Assembly (NCBI RefSeq): GCF_001949145.1
Contig: NW_019091359.1
Coordinates: forward strand, 3,450,431 to 3,514,430
DNA length: 64,000 bases
DNA from: Acanthaster planci
Taxonomy: Eukaryota
Direction of reading: 5' to 3'
Part shown: piece by piece, positions 1 through 38,673 of the stretch
Position numbering within the stretch: position 1 is the stretch's first letter
How the letters are laid out: every line of letters begins with the position of its first letter
The notes under the pieces: generated by a model
What the model saw: only the letters and a program-made list of their open reading frames with translations
Database searches by the model: none
Told to the model about the DNA's origin: nothing
Position numbers and translations under genes: made by a program

Positions 1-1754
1 CCGGGAAAAAATTGTGCATGGTCCTTTCAGCATGAAAACATGCTGCATTTTGGGGATCTAATTTTTAAAAAGTGAAAAAATGAGTACCAGTAGTTCTTGT
101 TGTGATAGCCTAGGGGCCAATTTAGCTGCTTAATTAATTTGCTTAAGTGCAAGAAAACCTTGATAAATAATAAATCAGGTAACCAGCCCAAACTCCATGT
201 GATGTACCTGTATATTGTTTTGGGATTGTGTTTAGCTGTTTTTTGGTTGGCATGACAATCAGAGTTTGAGCTGGTAACCTTTGTTTATTAAGCAAAGTTT
301 TCTCCGGCTTAAGCAAATTTTGTGCCTAAGCAGCTCTGTGAAATTGGCCCTGTACCTTGGACTTGTTTGTATACTCACTTTTGCCGTCAGTACAGCTGTG
401 TAACAATGGATTATCATGTGAATATTGATTGTAGGGAAAGTAGCTAAAGAAATATGCAATTTGGTGGCTCAAAACACTGTTTCTCTGACTTTATGCCATG
501 CAGCTGTCCTATATGGCTTTTTGCATATTCTGCATGAATACCATCAGGAATGCAACTTACATGAACTGTACATGTAATGTACACGTTTGTGTGTATTATG
601 ACACACAGAAACTGAACTTTAACACACCAGACAGTTGTTTGAAGGACTTTATGCCTGTGGTTTACCTGTACATGTAGTTTCAAGCAAAACATTAAATAAA
701 GGCATTAGTTCTTACTAGATAAGGGTGAGATTTGTCGTGATTTTTTCATCAAGCTTTTCCTGATTTCAGGATTTTCCAAGCAGTCTCGTCTTAAAATCTA
801 AAAAATTGTTTATCATCAAGGTAGTTTTACTAATTTGCATGTACAAGTACAGGTACACATGAATGCATAAATGTACAGTACCATACACCATAGACTGTAG
901 GCTGCTGGGGGGCTCTTAATACCTCTGCTAATAATTTTAGGGGTGCTTCAGTTTCTTCTACTGGTAATCATGCCCTTGATTAAGCCAAAAACAAGAAAGG
1001 AAACAAAGTCAAAAACACATACACAACCCCCCTCCCACAAAAAAATTAGCTGTGTCTCTTGTAATGTCCCAAACTTGTCATTTTATCAAAAAAGTGAAAT
1101 TAAATATATTTTGAGAGCCTAATTTTTGTGTATACAGGTGTACACTATCCTGTATTTTTATTTTTTGTAATTGAAGTTTTAATTATTTTTAAAAGCTCAA
1201 CCACCTGCTCAAATTCCAATTAATATTTTTTCTTGTGCTTATTAAATCTGAGATGAGCCTTTACAAACTTATGTTAATTAAAGGAGTGAAAGAAAAAAGA
1301 GACATTGTGCCATCGGTATTTTTGCATTTGTAGCTGAAAAACAAATTCCTCCAGTCTACTCATTTACATATATGTCAGCTCTACTGTTGTAATAAAAACC
1401 ACCTACCAGTACCAGTACTATGGGCATGGCCATGGAGCTTTTTGGTATGGCATATCATGCCACTCAGGATAAGATGTTTGTGTGGCTTTGCATATAACTG
1501 TATATATCCATTGTTATGGTTGGGTCCACTATCCCATCCTCATGGTTTAACTTGCCTCATGTTTTCTTTGGACAATCTACATGTATACACAACAGTAACC
1601 ATGAGTTATGCAATCTCTCCTGAACAGTCAATGCACTTTGACATCACCTGATGATTAGACCCAAGTCAGCATGCATAATGAGCAGTTCTGTACATGCTCC
1701 TGACAATGGGGTGAGGTGACTCGTACAGAATTGGACAGAGCAGAGTTGGACTTC

Positions 1755-1800
1755 ATGCAGTGTGAATCTATTGTTAGCAAAAACAAAGTCCGTTTGTATA
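1755..1800 (+). CDS. PFKFB: candidate alternative first coding exon of PFKFB (MQCESIVSKNKVRLY-)
   Basis: ATG with an upstream in-frame stop, 46 nt (phase 1), ends at a perfect gtaagt donor; phase matches the acceptor at 18233. Confidence 0.45.
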
Positions 1801-2621
1801 GTAAGTCTTCAGCTGGATTCTACATTGAAGGAAAGAATGGAGTAGGCCTAGCGGTAGTTGAACCATAACAGAACCCAGATACGTTCTGCATGCAGAGTGA
1901 GTGGCATGTTTTGGTCATGCATTGAACACGTGCTGGAGTGAATGGTACTCTATATGTACATGTATATCTGTCACACTTGTGCATTGCACAATACATGATT
2001 GACTTCAATGCCACGGACCACACTGACCATATTGCTACGTCCAGGTTGTTCATTTGTGGGAAAACTACAAAGGGTTTCTACAAATGTTGCAGTTGCTGAT
2101 TTGGAAATCTTACCGTGGAATATCTCTAAATAATAGTTGCAAATTGCACAGTTGAAGAGCAGAGCTGCATTTTTTGTTGTGAGTGATGCATGATTGAACA
2201 TCAAGACTGCTTTGTTAGCTATCACGTGGACTACGGAAATGCCTATATCAGAACCATGTAAGTCGAAATTGAAACTTGTCACATGTAACTTTTCTACCAT
2301 ACTAGCACATAGTACACCTAGTATGTGAAGAGTTCTGCCTTCAAGATTCTTGAGTTTCATAAACAGCAAGGAATATTAAATGAGATAGGCCTACATGCAC
2401 CATTTAGTTTGGGATATTTTAGTAGGCAAAATGCTGTTGTACAGTTCCTACATGGCAAGAGTGCACCGGTACTGATGCGATTTTGAAACTAAAAACTTGT
2501 GGATGCCAGATGCTTGACTTTTTCCTACAATATCTCGAAGCATCTACAGGGACATGTTACAAAAAAGGAAGCATAATGCGTATTGTTTATGAATCACAGA
2601 GGCAGCTTCACAACTGACCAA

Positions 2622-2789
2622 GGGAATAAATTTGTGCTTGGCTGGTCTTAAATGTGCATTTTTAAGACCAGCTAAAAAGAATGGACGTGACTAATGCCCA
2701 AGTCGCAGGCAAGGGCATCATCAGTGTTCACTCTCCTGAGCCAGTCTTATACATTATCTTTAAGACCGACCAAACACACATTTATTCCC
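2622..2789. mobile_element. MITE-like element with ~30-bp inverted repeats
   Basis: gggaataaatttgtgcttggctggtcttaa vs ttaagaccgaccaaacacacatttattccc. Confidence 0.55.
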
Positions 2790-3196
2790 ATTCATAAATA
2801 CCTTTTTAGTCAGAGAGTCAAAAGAAGTCAATATATAATGGATTTCCAATGATTTTGTTCTAGAATTTCATTTTCCCAAACACCCCAGTCCATTTTATAG
2901 TACATGTATATTCCATGTGCAAGTTGTCTAAAACAATATCCTTATGGACTTGGTGCGCGCATGGCAAACATTGTGAACACAGACTCTTGACCAATCAGAA
3001 TAGATTAAACTGTCTCGTATCCAGGTGCCAGCATGTGATTCACGCAGCGGGCATTATCACTTCTCAACAGGCATTATCAAATATTAATACCTGGTCAAGT
3101 TGCATGTCGTTGCTAGGGAGACTGTCTGAGTAAATGAATATTGAGTAACCATGTCCCTTTGGGACTGATGATACATGTACATGTGACATGAGTGTA

Positions 3197-3607
3197 CCCC
3201 TAGAACTGTGGAGTTCGACATCTGCCGTGCTACTCCCAGAACTGTGGGTTCATCATCCACCACACTCCCCCCAGAACTGTGGGTTCATCGTCTGCCACAC
3301 TCCCCCCAGAACTGTGGGGTTTGTCGTCCACAGCGCTCTTCCCAGAACTGTGGGGTTTGTTGTCTGCCGCGCCCCACCCAGAACTGTGGGGTTTGCTGTT
3401 TGCCGCACCCCACCCAGAACTGTGGGATTTGTCGTCCACAGTGCTCTCCCCAGGACTGTGGGGTTTGTTGTTTGCCGCGCCCCACCCAGAACTGTGGGGT
3501 TTGTCGTCCACAGCACTCTTCCCAGAACTGTGGGGTTTGTCGTTCACTGCGCTTCCCCCAGAACTGTAGGATTTGTTGCCCACCATGCTCCCACAGTTCT
3601 GGGAGTA
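3197..3607. repeat. 36-bp GC-rich minisatellite (~11 units) closed by an inverted unit
   Basis: Unit approximately cccagaactgtggggtttgtcgtccacagcgctctt; 3590-3607 is the reverse complement of 3231-3248. Confidence 0.92.
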
Positions 3608-5508
3608 ACATGATTGTGCAGAGTTCAGTTCATATATTTGACAAGTTTATTTCTATCCCAACTGCACAAACCCATGTTGTCTTTTCATGGACACTTGTTG
3701 GCGATGCCATTCAGAAGCCAATTCATCTCTCTTGTCTGTGATGAGGTGTTTTGATGAAATCATTGATTTATGTAAAATGATTAAGTAATCAATGGTTAAA
3801 ACGCCATTTTGGTTTTAGTTTTTCAGTTACTAATTTAAGACTGAACGTTGATTGTTCAGTGTACTGGTAAGTTTCCAATTCTGTCTGCCAGCATAGACTC
3901 ATATTTTGGTTTTAAATCAATGAAACCTCTTTTATTCCTTAAGATGGTTAACTTCGGATAAGTTAGATTACCATTTGACAGGAGCAAGTTGATGCAGGCT
4001 ACGTTAAGAAGACAATTGATTCAGTCATTGATTTCCAATCGTACAACAGTCGTCAGAGTCCAAAACGTATTAATGAGAGTGAGACCAGTATGTTTCTAAC
4101 TTCAAAGCATTTTATGTCAACATTACACTTACTCTTTGGTGGAAATTGAAGTATGTTTCACCAATCTTGCCACACTTGTTAATATCTCAAGTGTCACCAT
4201 GTTTAACAACATTAATACTTACATGTATGTACATGTAGCTCAACAGCCTGTGATCATGTTTCCAAATACATGTACCTATACATGTACATGTACAGTAGAC
4301 TTTTTTCCTGCCAGAAATACGCTTCCAAACCCTGGCGTCACTTCTCTCTCTGGCTTCAGTTAAACAAGTCCATGTACAATTTGGCACTGCCAGTGGAGAA
4401 TGAGACGGAGCCCAAGCCCAAGGATTCAGGAAAAGTCTGCTGCTGCGAATGTACATGTACATGTACATTTATGTACGACGTGTACATGTACATTTATATA
4501 CATGTACATGTACTGGTACACACACACTTGTACCCTGTGTGACATGAGGTGGTAATGCAGAGATCAGTGTTGTGAAAGCGTAGTGGAGCTGACACTCAAA
4601 TTATTGATTTGAAAAGGAAAATCCTGAAAATTCCCCCGAATCCATGTTGCTGACTTGAATGAATAAATATACATAAATATCATGTCGTCAATCTGACTTA
4701 TGTGTAAACAAGGTAAATCATACTGGATCCAGGTTGATTAGTCCCAGATAATCAAAAATCTGGCTGACACAATCTACATGTAACTTCATTGAAGATTTTT
4801 TTATTAAGAACAACATACAGTACATGTACATGTACCATAATATTCCAAGTTATTGGGATATATTCTTCCAGGTATGCCGGTACATGTACACTGTATGTAA
4901 GTGAACATTTGACTTTGCATTAAATGAATCCAACCCAACTGAGGTTTACAGTCTTGTACATGTACATGTACATTGTACATATATATGTATGCTTGTATTC
5001 ACACAAAGTGGTGTCCCAGACAGGTTTAGTTTTGCAACAAATGACCCTTGACCTCAACGTGTATTCTTCTAATTCATTGCTGCATTGCAAGATATTCAGG
5101 TCATGCTTATTCTTCCAGTACATGTATCAGAAGATACAGTATTTATGCAGGTACAAGGAACCTTTATACAGCGACTACCGATAGCAATAGTAATAATGAT
5201 ACAAACCCAAATCAATACCTTACAAGGAACATTTTTATATCCAATTTGAATATCGAGTGATGATTAGTTTTTATGTACCACAATCATCATGTCATTTGAC
5301 GCAAACATTTTAGGAATGATCACAAGGCATTAACAAAGACTTCTTGAAGTTTCTTTGTTGCCAAGCGTGGCTGTTGCCCTACTGGTAGGTTCATTTCATG
5401 ACAAGGACACCACAGAAATTATTACTCAGACCAGGCAGACAAAGTGATTAATTTCATACTTGTGGGTCTGAGTCAGTGCTCTTGTCTGTAGGTAGATGAA
5501 TACATGTA

Positions 5509-6722
5509 CACTACCGGTCAAATGTTATATTGCACTTGTGTGTCTAACTCCATTTCAACACAGATTCTGAGACAGTTCCCTTACAATACCATCTTGAATT
5601 TCCTCATTATGTATTCATGAACTCATAAATATAATTAACGCAGCATTTAAACCAATGACAACAAAGTTCGCATGGTGGGAAAAGCTTTATAATCAATACT
5701 TATAAGGTAATATGAACTCCCATTCTTGGAAATGGAAGTTAGATAACCAAGCCAGTTATAAAAGGGAAGCTGTTTTGCATTTGAATACCATCCAATGACC
5801 TTTCGAGAGCAAACAATGGCATCAAAGACTCCACTCACTGATCACGAAAAAGGGATGATACAGGCTTGGAACTGGGAGAGAGTGGCCGACAGGAGTCAGA
5901 AGGCTGTGTTTTTGTCAGGAGGGCAGTTGGCGAGGAGTACCAGGAATACTGTGTGGTCTCCGTGAAACATGGGGGCTCTGGCATCATGGTTTGGGGCTGC
6001 ATGGGTTCTGTTAGCCTCGGTGACTTGACATGGGTCACGGAGAATATCAACGCTGATTTTTATGTTGATATTCTTTGTGACCACATGCTGCCATCTGCCC
6101 ATTGTTTGATTGGCCCTGAATTCCTGTTTCAGCATGACAGTGCCCCGACCCACACGGCATAGATGACGGAAGAATTCATCGCTAATACACCAGATTTCAT
6201 CCGAGATATGGGGGGTTTAGAATCTCTGGAAGAGTTGGAGCATTGTTTCCAGCATGAAAATCGATCCCGGAATAAAGACAAATTATTTGAGATTCTCAAT
6301 TGGATCTGGGAAGGACTTGATTGCCACGTCATTACGAACCTCTTGCATTCAATGCCAAGACGATGTCAGGCCATCATTGAGGCCAATGGGACCTACATGT
6401 ATACGCAGTACTAAACGATGGGCCATCCTTCACGTTTTGGGGTCATGGGCGCTGCCATCTTGGATTTTGCCGATAATGATATGATAATGAGGGCATGCTC
6501 TGTTAATGTTGTGCACAGAGAACAGAGACAATGTCAAACTCGACGTTTTTGGCTACCTTAATTTAAAGGATTGATTCCTTACATAAAACATGAATTTATT
6601 GGAATATGGACATTAAGGAAGACACAGGTATAGTATTTAATGACATTTTATTGTTTTTTGCAATCATTTACAAACAAATACGCAGTGCGATGTAGGTGCG
6701 ATATAACATATGGCCATCATTG
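5509..6722 (+). mobile_element. decayed, internally deleted Tc1/mariner (Tc1-like) DNA transposon
   Basis: Transposase remnants VKHGGSGIMVWGC, FQHDSAPTHT*, SMPRRCQAIIEANG with a stop at 6160-6162; imperfect ~27-bp TIRs (CACTACCGGTCAAATGTTATATTGCAC / GTGCGATATAACATATGGCCATCATTG), each flanked by TA. Confidence 0.88.
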
Positions 6723-9700
6723 TAGATATCAGTTGACTGAAGGATATTTACATGTAGTAGTGGGGTACTTAAAGATGGATAATCTCCTCAAACTACATAC
6801 ATGTACATGGAGTACCGGTAGATTCCCCTCACCAGCAAAGAAGATGTCCTGGTTGGGACCATTTCAAAGACTCTGCTTTCCAAATGAAGCTGCTTGGGCA
6901 TATAAGTACCAAGTTAGCACAAACCCATGCGCATATACATGTACTACTGCAGCGTCAGTGCCGGATGGCTGGTGGGGGTGCTAGCACGGATCCACGGTAG
7001 AGTTCTGTGATAGGCCCCTACTGGTTAGCCTGGACGACCTGTTGCTGTGGCGATGGCGCAGAAGTGTTTGGGAAGCACCTTGTTTTGGGGTGAGCTAGAG
7101 TTCTATGCCAGACAAGAGTGACGGAGTGATATTAAATGGCCGAAAGCCTCAAACCTGAGCAGAAGTCTTCACAGTGTCTTTTGTAAGCATGAAAAAGACC
7201 CAAAGAAGCGGTTGACGTCACTTGACTGTATTTTTTGTACATGTACCCAGTATCCTGAACAAAAGGGATGTTGTTGCTTAAAAATCTGCCTTCTTTTCTT
7301 CCTGTATGGTGGAGAAATGTTCAAACGGCATTTGAAGTATGACTGTAGTCTTGGGTAATGGGCTAATGGGCAAAGATTTCTTAATATTTGAAGTAAGGTA
7401 ATTTTTGGATCACGGCTTGAACAGACCCCTACCCCTTTTTTCCACCCCATAAACAGTGTCTGCCTATGATGACAGTCACATGAACAGTGCCCTCGTTTGT
7501 CTAGGAGAGCATGGATGCTTTTACGTTTTGAAAAAGGTGCACTTTTCATATTATTAACTGGATAGGAATATGAAATAAATTTGATGTTATCAAAGAGGAG
7601 CCAGGTCTTGATTAAATGGCTGTTTGGCCAATAGGAAGTAATGTTGCATCGCGTGAGTGTGGTGGCAATGAAGTACATGTAATGGTGTCTCCTGGGCTAT
7701 TAAGGCCCGTTTTGATCTCAGAAAATGCAGGTATGAAACATGGTGTAATGTTGGACCATGTGTAAGCCTTGGGCCACAAATTTACATGTACAATGCTGTA
7801 CCGGTACGTGAACATGTAGAAGTGAAAAATAATTAAGAATGATTCTGCAAACAGTTGCTCAGCTGAGCAATGTTTTAATTGTACATGTACATGTATTAAG
7901 TTTCATGGACGAGGATGATAACTGCTTTTACCACCTTTTGCAATGTTGGAGTTAATGGAGCAGTTATCAAACAATTGTTGACTTACATGTACCTCAGCCA
8001 GCCGTTTTGAAAAAGTGTTTGTCTTTTTTATGTCGCAACCTGACAGAGAATCTCTTACATCCAAACAAATTCTTAAAACAAAGTTGTATGTTTCTTGTAC
8101 ACATATAGGTCGTGTTAAGTTCATTTACATGTACATGTATACGCTGGCAGATGCACAGTTGGTGTATTATACTCGCAAATAAACGGCCATATTGTTTCCA
8201 AAATCTGAAGTTGTTAATTTTGTGCGGGCCTGTTTAAAGTGGCTCAGGATCTCAATCAGTGATCCCAACACTGGTTCTCTCTATCCATGAGGTGGGTTCT
8301 GGTGTCAGTCAATCCACAGAGCTGATGACCAGTGTAGAACAAACAGGCCATCTTTGATAATAGAAGAGAGTTGAGACACGAGTGTGTTTCAATTGTTACA
8401 TCCAAAATGGTTGGATTATGCGTCAGCACAGTACACATAGACAGTTAGTACACAATAGCTACATGCTGTGCTGCACACATACATGTGATTAAGAGTACTT
8501 TGGTTTCATAGTCTGAAGTTGGTACTACCAGGCTACTGTCTCTACAACTCGATATAGTGATAACTGGCCAATAACGCCCTCTGTTGTCCAGAAAAGCATG
8601 GACATTTGTAAATGGTTAAAAACGTGCACTTTTCCAAATGATGAATTCCAGAAGGCTATCAAAGTTTTCTTGTACACTCTACATTTTAGAATAGCGTAAA
8701 GTTGCACACAAATCTCATGTTCTGACTCTCGTTTTCTGGCGCATATTTGGCACAATTACATGTACATTGTCCACAAGTAAGTTCTTGTGCCTTTGCCCAG
8801 ATGAGAAGTTTGGGTGTGGACCTAGGATTTTAATTTTTAAAAAAAAAATTTTAAGTAGTATAAAAAAGATGAGCATGCTAAAGGTTATTAGTGTATGTAC
8901 ATCCTACATGTACACATTTCCTTCAGCACAATTGCTGTTGCACTCCCATCAGAAGTGATTACGCCCTCTATTGATCTCAGCAATACTGGTACACTGTACT
9001 TGACCACCATTTAAACACATGTACACCCCTGGGTGTTTCAGATTGCCTTTGTTTTTGCAAGGACAAGTTTATGTAAATAAGGTTACAGGTACATGTACAT
9101 TCACAAAACAGGAAACTCTGATTGTTGCTAGAGTAACTGTCAGGTAATGGCCAACTGTGTATGGCAGGTTCCTCAAAATATGGACCATTAGACAATGTTC
9201 AACTTAGGTGGTTCATTTTTCCTGAAGTTAACAGCAGTGAATTAATTCCCAATGTCTGATGAAATGAGGGAAGTCATGGCTGCTACCGGTATGTGGAACA
9301 TTGATGACCATGCTCATCTTTCAACTTAATTGGAATTAATTATTTAAAGTCTCAAACGTCAGCATTTTTGATGGATGTGAACAACCTGTTGAAATCCTAG
9401 CCAAATAAAAGTTATCAGGAAGTAATAATCCCCGCGGTTGTTTGACACAGTTTTGTATGTGGTGAAAGGTGATAATATTTACACGTAATAAAGCCATAAT
9501 AACGAAATAAAAAAAATCTCTCACAAATAACCAGGTCCCAAAATCGGCAGTTGTGGACGTCATTCAATTCTGTCAAAAAATCGACTGCAAAAAAATGGCA
9601 AGTACATGTAAAATCAAAATGGATGTACAACACAAGCTTTAAAAAAATGTGCAATAAGGCACCTCAAACCGTCATCCTTTTACGAAGGTCACATTTTCTT

Positions 9701-12153
9701 CAAGTATGTTTCTGAAAACCGCAGTCCAAAATACTGATCGTGGCGATTTTGCTGCTTCCGTCAATGTCTCACAGTGACGTTAGAGAAATGTTTTGCTGCA
9801 TCGTGGGCTGTTTAAACTTTGACATCAACCGTGATAGTGAGCCTTCTTTTTCATTTGATATTCATGAGTTCCTCCACGGAATGGCAACACTCCAGGATTT
9901 TTCTCTGCGTATCAAGGTTTCTCAAAAGAAAATCTGTCAAACTGAATGAAGTTCGCAACCAAATGACATCTGGGGCATAAAATACTATTCATGATGAAAA
10001 TCTAATGCTCAGAGTTGTTAATTTTAATGTAATTTTCAGCGGGGATATCTCCAAAATAAACAGGAAGATGAACATCGCGCATGGAATTTCAAGCACTACG
10101 TGTGACAGCGTTTTCGGCATTGTCGAACGTCATGCATTTTCCATCAAAATTCTCTAACGTCATCAAAATTCCACCAAATGTAAACGGTATGCCTAATTAT
10201 CCCCAAATAATCATTTTTATAAATCTGAGGGTGCTAATTTATATTTTACATGATCAAAGTTTTAGAAGTTTTGAAAAATGACATGTGGAGTTGCATTTTG
10301 GTCCATTTCATGAAGACCATGCCATATCTTTGAACCATGTCGTCAATTCTGTGAATAATGAGGCATTAAGAGTAAAGCTGATGACATAGCAGTAAGTGCT
10401 GTACCACGGTTGAACATATCAATTTCAAACCTTCAACATTAGCATATACATGTACCAGTGTTCTAGCTAGGATCATTTTAGTGCCGGGGAAATTTTTGGA
10501 TTACAAAGCATAGTGAGCGCAGTTCTTAATGCTTTCTGATGCTTGAATAACGATCGAATTGGTAAATTTACATTTTCAGTAATATTTAAGTTCATGCAAC
10601 ACTGTTACACAAGTTTGTTTAACATTGTGAACTTGTTTCCTGGTTCCCTGTAAAGGTATGGGGTACATGTACATGTCAAAGAAACTTCATATTGAAACAT
10701 AAACACATGTTCATCCGGTACATGTACATGTCAAAGTAACAGTAATGTGCTTCATATTGAAACAAATACAGTATGAGGTACTGTACCATGCATGTCCATC
10801 ATAAAAACCATCCCTTTGAATGTGGTTTGATTCTTGAACGTGCACAGTACATGTATAAAAAGGATCTCAGCATGCTTGAATTTGATGAATAAAATTTGTT
10901 TCATCACAAAAGAAAGGTACTGGTATTGAGCAGGAAATACAGTAAGTAAAATCGGTTAAGTAACTTATGACCTTCTGAAGTTCTGTACTGTTCACAATTT
11001 TAATAGATTGCAATGTACATGTATAAGTTTGGTCAGAAATTGTGCACATCTTTGGACTTTACCAGCCGTGTAAATATCAGTTGGCTGAACTCAGAAAGGG
11101 GCTATGTCAACTTATTATGTTTACTGGAACTCAGAAGTGTCCCTTGGCAAAGCAGGTTGACCCTACCCTCCTCTTAGGTTTTCATCAGATAGCAAATCCA
11201 ACAATGGATTTTGTTGGCAATTAGTGGAGTGGATCTGTTTGTTACTGTATCATCATTTAGAACTATTGCCTGTCCATTGTGCATTTTGCTACATGATTTA
11301 ATCCAACATAAACATGTAGGTTTTCCATCATGTGCATGTAGGTGAATTTTGTTTTCATTTGGCAGGGGATTTAGGATATGACGTCAAAAGTTGTGTCCTT
11401 GGCCCAGTCAACAGTGTCCTTGGCCTAATCATTGTTGGCTGATGGATGTTTGAAATCAAAACTTCAAGGAGAACAACTTCACAGCTTTGCCTGTTGCATT
11501 GATTAAACTGCTGTGCACATGTAGCTGTGAATGATAAAGGTGTGGGTCCCCCCTTTCTCATTAATGGAATTGTCCGCATAGGTAATGATTGCTCTTCCTG
11601 AACAGCAGTGACTGTCAATGAAAAGGTTACTTCAGCATGAGAAAGCAGGATTTAGCCTGACACAGTAACACCCATTTCAACCCATTTGGGTGTGACACAT
11701 AGCGGTATACGTGTACATGTACATGTTCCGTACAGTACCGGTACATGTTCTGGTATTTGAGGATCCCTCTAAACGACTTCTGAAATTTGGGCGTACTACT
11801 TTTAAGAGTCAGGTGATTGGCAAGTTTGGAGTGCTGACATCAGGGTTTACCATGACAATGGCATGTCTATAGAGTACATGCCTTATTGGTACTCTCTGGC
11901 ACCTTGTCCTAGCGGTGTTTGAGTATTACAGATTCAATTCTGTATCAGAGACTGGCTATCTGTCATTGTCAGAATTTGAGGTCTCAGGCCTGTCACATAG
12001 ATCCTTCATGCTTTATTAACTGAAGCTACTGTACCACAGCAAGGTTCTTGCTTAGAACAATTTGAATAACTTGGAGGAGCTCAACCACAGTGAATCCCAT
12101 TCTAATTGTGTTATGGTATAAAGAGACTTGACTTACATGCACCGGTATAGAGG

Positions 12154-36329
<24,176 letters not shown>

Positions 36330-38049
36330 ACAAGTGGATGTCAAATATCTGTTTTCTCTTTTTAGCATGATTACAGGAGAGTAGGTTCTGTTGCTCTCGC
36401 ATCATAGCTCAATTCCCACCTTGGTTGCTGATAATTCCCATCTCTCTACCGTCCCACTAAGAGTACCGGTGGGTAGAGCATTGTAGGTTAAGACGCCATG
36501 GTGCAAAACAAGTGATTCAAGATTTGCTGTAAGTTAAAATCTTGGCCTTTTGGCTAGGATCACAAGGATTGTATGAATTCAGGGACAGGTGGGCCCTCTA
36601 CAGATCGGAAGGAGGTACATCAGTTTGTCCTTTCATGGGGCATGAAGTCTTTTTCCTAATTCCAATTTTTGAATTCCCATCAGAAATCCATACAGAAAGT
36701 AGTACTGTACCTTCATTGTGTGAAGTTCTGTTTATGTTATGCTGGCCATATTTGACTTAAAACGCTCTGGTTCTCATCCGGAATTTATACTGGAAGTATA
36801 AAAATCAAACAATTGTGGCTGAGGTGATGTTTCATGTCATAAATCAATGATTTGGTTGATTTGAATCTTGTTTAGATCAGAGACTTTGTCATTGACTGCT
36901 GTACCTAAAAATTGTACTTCATGAGACTTTGTGTGTACTCTAACAAGATACATCCCTTCACTAACAAAGAAGACATTAAGTGGGTTGGAAAAATGTCAAC
37001 TTTGCACACCGTTTACATAGGAAGGCTGTACATATCAAGAGAAATTGGTCGTGTGTTCAGCATGCCCTGCATTATATGCATGAACCTGTGCACACTTGTG
37101 ATATTTTGGAGCGAAACAGAGATGTCTTTCATATCACGAGAGAGCTATAGGTTGGACCTCTTTGAGGGGAAAATTATGGGCGTGTCACTTGGTAACATTT
37201 GGGAGGATGTGTAATTATCTTACAGAAATAAAATTTTAAAAATTAAGAATTTCTGGCATCTTTGTCTGGACGACTTGAGTAAAAAATGTTTAAATTGGTT
37301 TCAGTGATGTAGATGTTAATTGTCACGAGCAGTCCTTTGTTGAAATACTTAAACTCAAGACCATGACTTTATATTTTGTAATATGAATTAAGTTATTGAT
37401 TTGGATATTTAATTAATGAAGTGTGTTGTTTGGTACATTTACAAAAGCGTCCAAAATTTCAGAAAAAGCATGTTTCTCTCATTTGTAACATAGGAAGGTG
37501 TGTCTAAGTTTCTATTCCTAGATGTACACATACATGTTTGGAATTTTAAAAGAATTTTAAAAGATTCCTGTCCAGGATTTTCCTAATCTAGCTTAGGGTT
37601 AATTGGTTTCTCTGAATGTCTATTTGCGATGAGTGGGAGAGTTTTTATCTAGCCTGGAGGCTGTAGATATTTCATTCCAACTATTTCTGTGGGTGTCAGT
37701 CCTTATGTCATTGGGTTGTTCCACAGAAATGTATTTGTCTTGTAAGCTTTCTTTTACCGTACCATTTGCACAGAGACTAATGCGTGTAATATGTTCTCAC
37801 ATTTGTTGATGTCTAACAGGTGCTTCCAGGCAGGGACTGTGTTTTACAGATGATTTCTGTTGATAGAAAAACTTGGACCGCATTGCGGGTTTGTCCTGTA
37901 ACTTTTTTTGGTGCACAAAAAATTCAGTTAATGACATGGTCTTTACAACTAGCCAACAAACAAGTGTGTGTGAAGCTCATGAGCTACCCTTGTTTCAGCC
38001 CTTGGAGAAAGTTAATTAATTGTTGTATCTGGAAATAGCATGTGGGTTG

Positions 38050-38138
38050 AGGGGAGGGGTCTGATGGGGAGTGGTCTGAAGGGGGAGGGGTCTGAAGGGG
38101 AGTGGTCTGAAGGGGGAGGGTCTAAAGGGGAGGGGGTG
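38050..38138. repeat. G-rich ~15-bp tandem repeat (ggtctgaagggggag)
   Basis: ~5 units with multiple G runs. Confidence 0.8.
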
Positions 38139-38673
38139 GCATTTCTAGTTCATGGAGTTTTATTGACTGCCATTTATCAAACTGTAAAGTGTATGTTTAG
38201 GCAGTGTTTATTTTGTGTGAACAATATTTTGAGATGTTCTGAAATATAGATGGATTTCATGAAAGAAACTGTGAATTGCCATTGTCTTATACACTGAAAC
38301 ATCTGTGAAAAGAAACATCTTGAAAATGGTACAAAACGTATGAAATATTTAACGTCATCTTAAATGAATGTATTTTTGACTTGAGAATGACGGTAATTAC
38401 AGAGTGAAGTATAGAGTTTCAGAGGAGCATAACTTCATTTTTGAAATGTTTCTGCAGCAGGTTTTCTCAATGTAATTACATGTACTACTATAAACTAAAC
38501 AAGATAGTGGAAATGCTATAAATTTGTAACATTAGACCAATGTGGGCTTAGTTTGCAGGTTATGAGAGATTCCCAAATGTTCTGGTTATTCCACTAATTT
38601 GTAAGCAGGATTATATTTGTATTGATAGTACTTGTACATTGAGATCGGCTAGATCCTCCTTGTTGGTGTAGCT

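Noticed and set aside
3188..3741. Cys-rich (metallothionein/keratin-associated-like) ORFs
   Set aside because: Overlapping ORFs in most frames are a by-product of the 36-bp repeat; no splice or promoter support
4360..4450. Possible further PFKFB first exon (MYNLALPVENETEPKPKDSGKVCCCE-)
   Set aside because: The phase fits, but the only donor is the weak gtacat within a TACATG run; not supportable without transcripts
9335..10370. CpG-richer block that may be another non-autonomous transposon
   Set aside because: I could not establish convincing matching termini or a TSD
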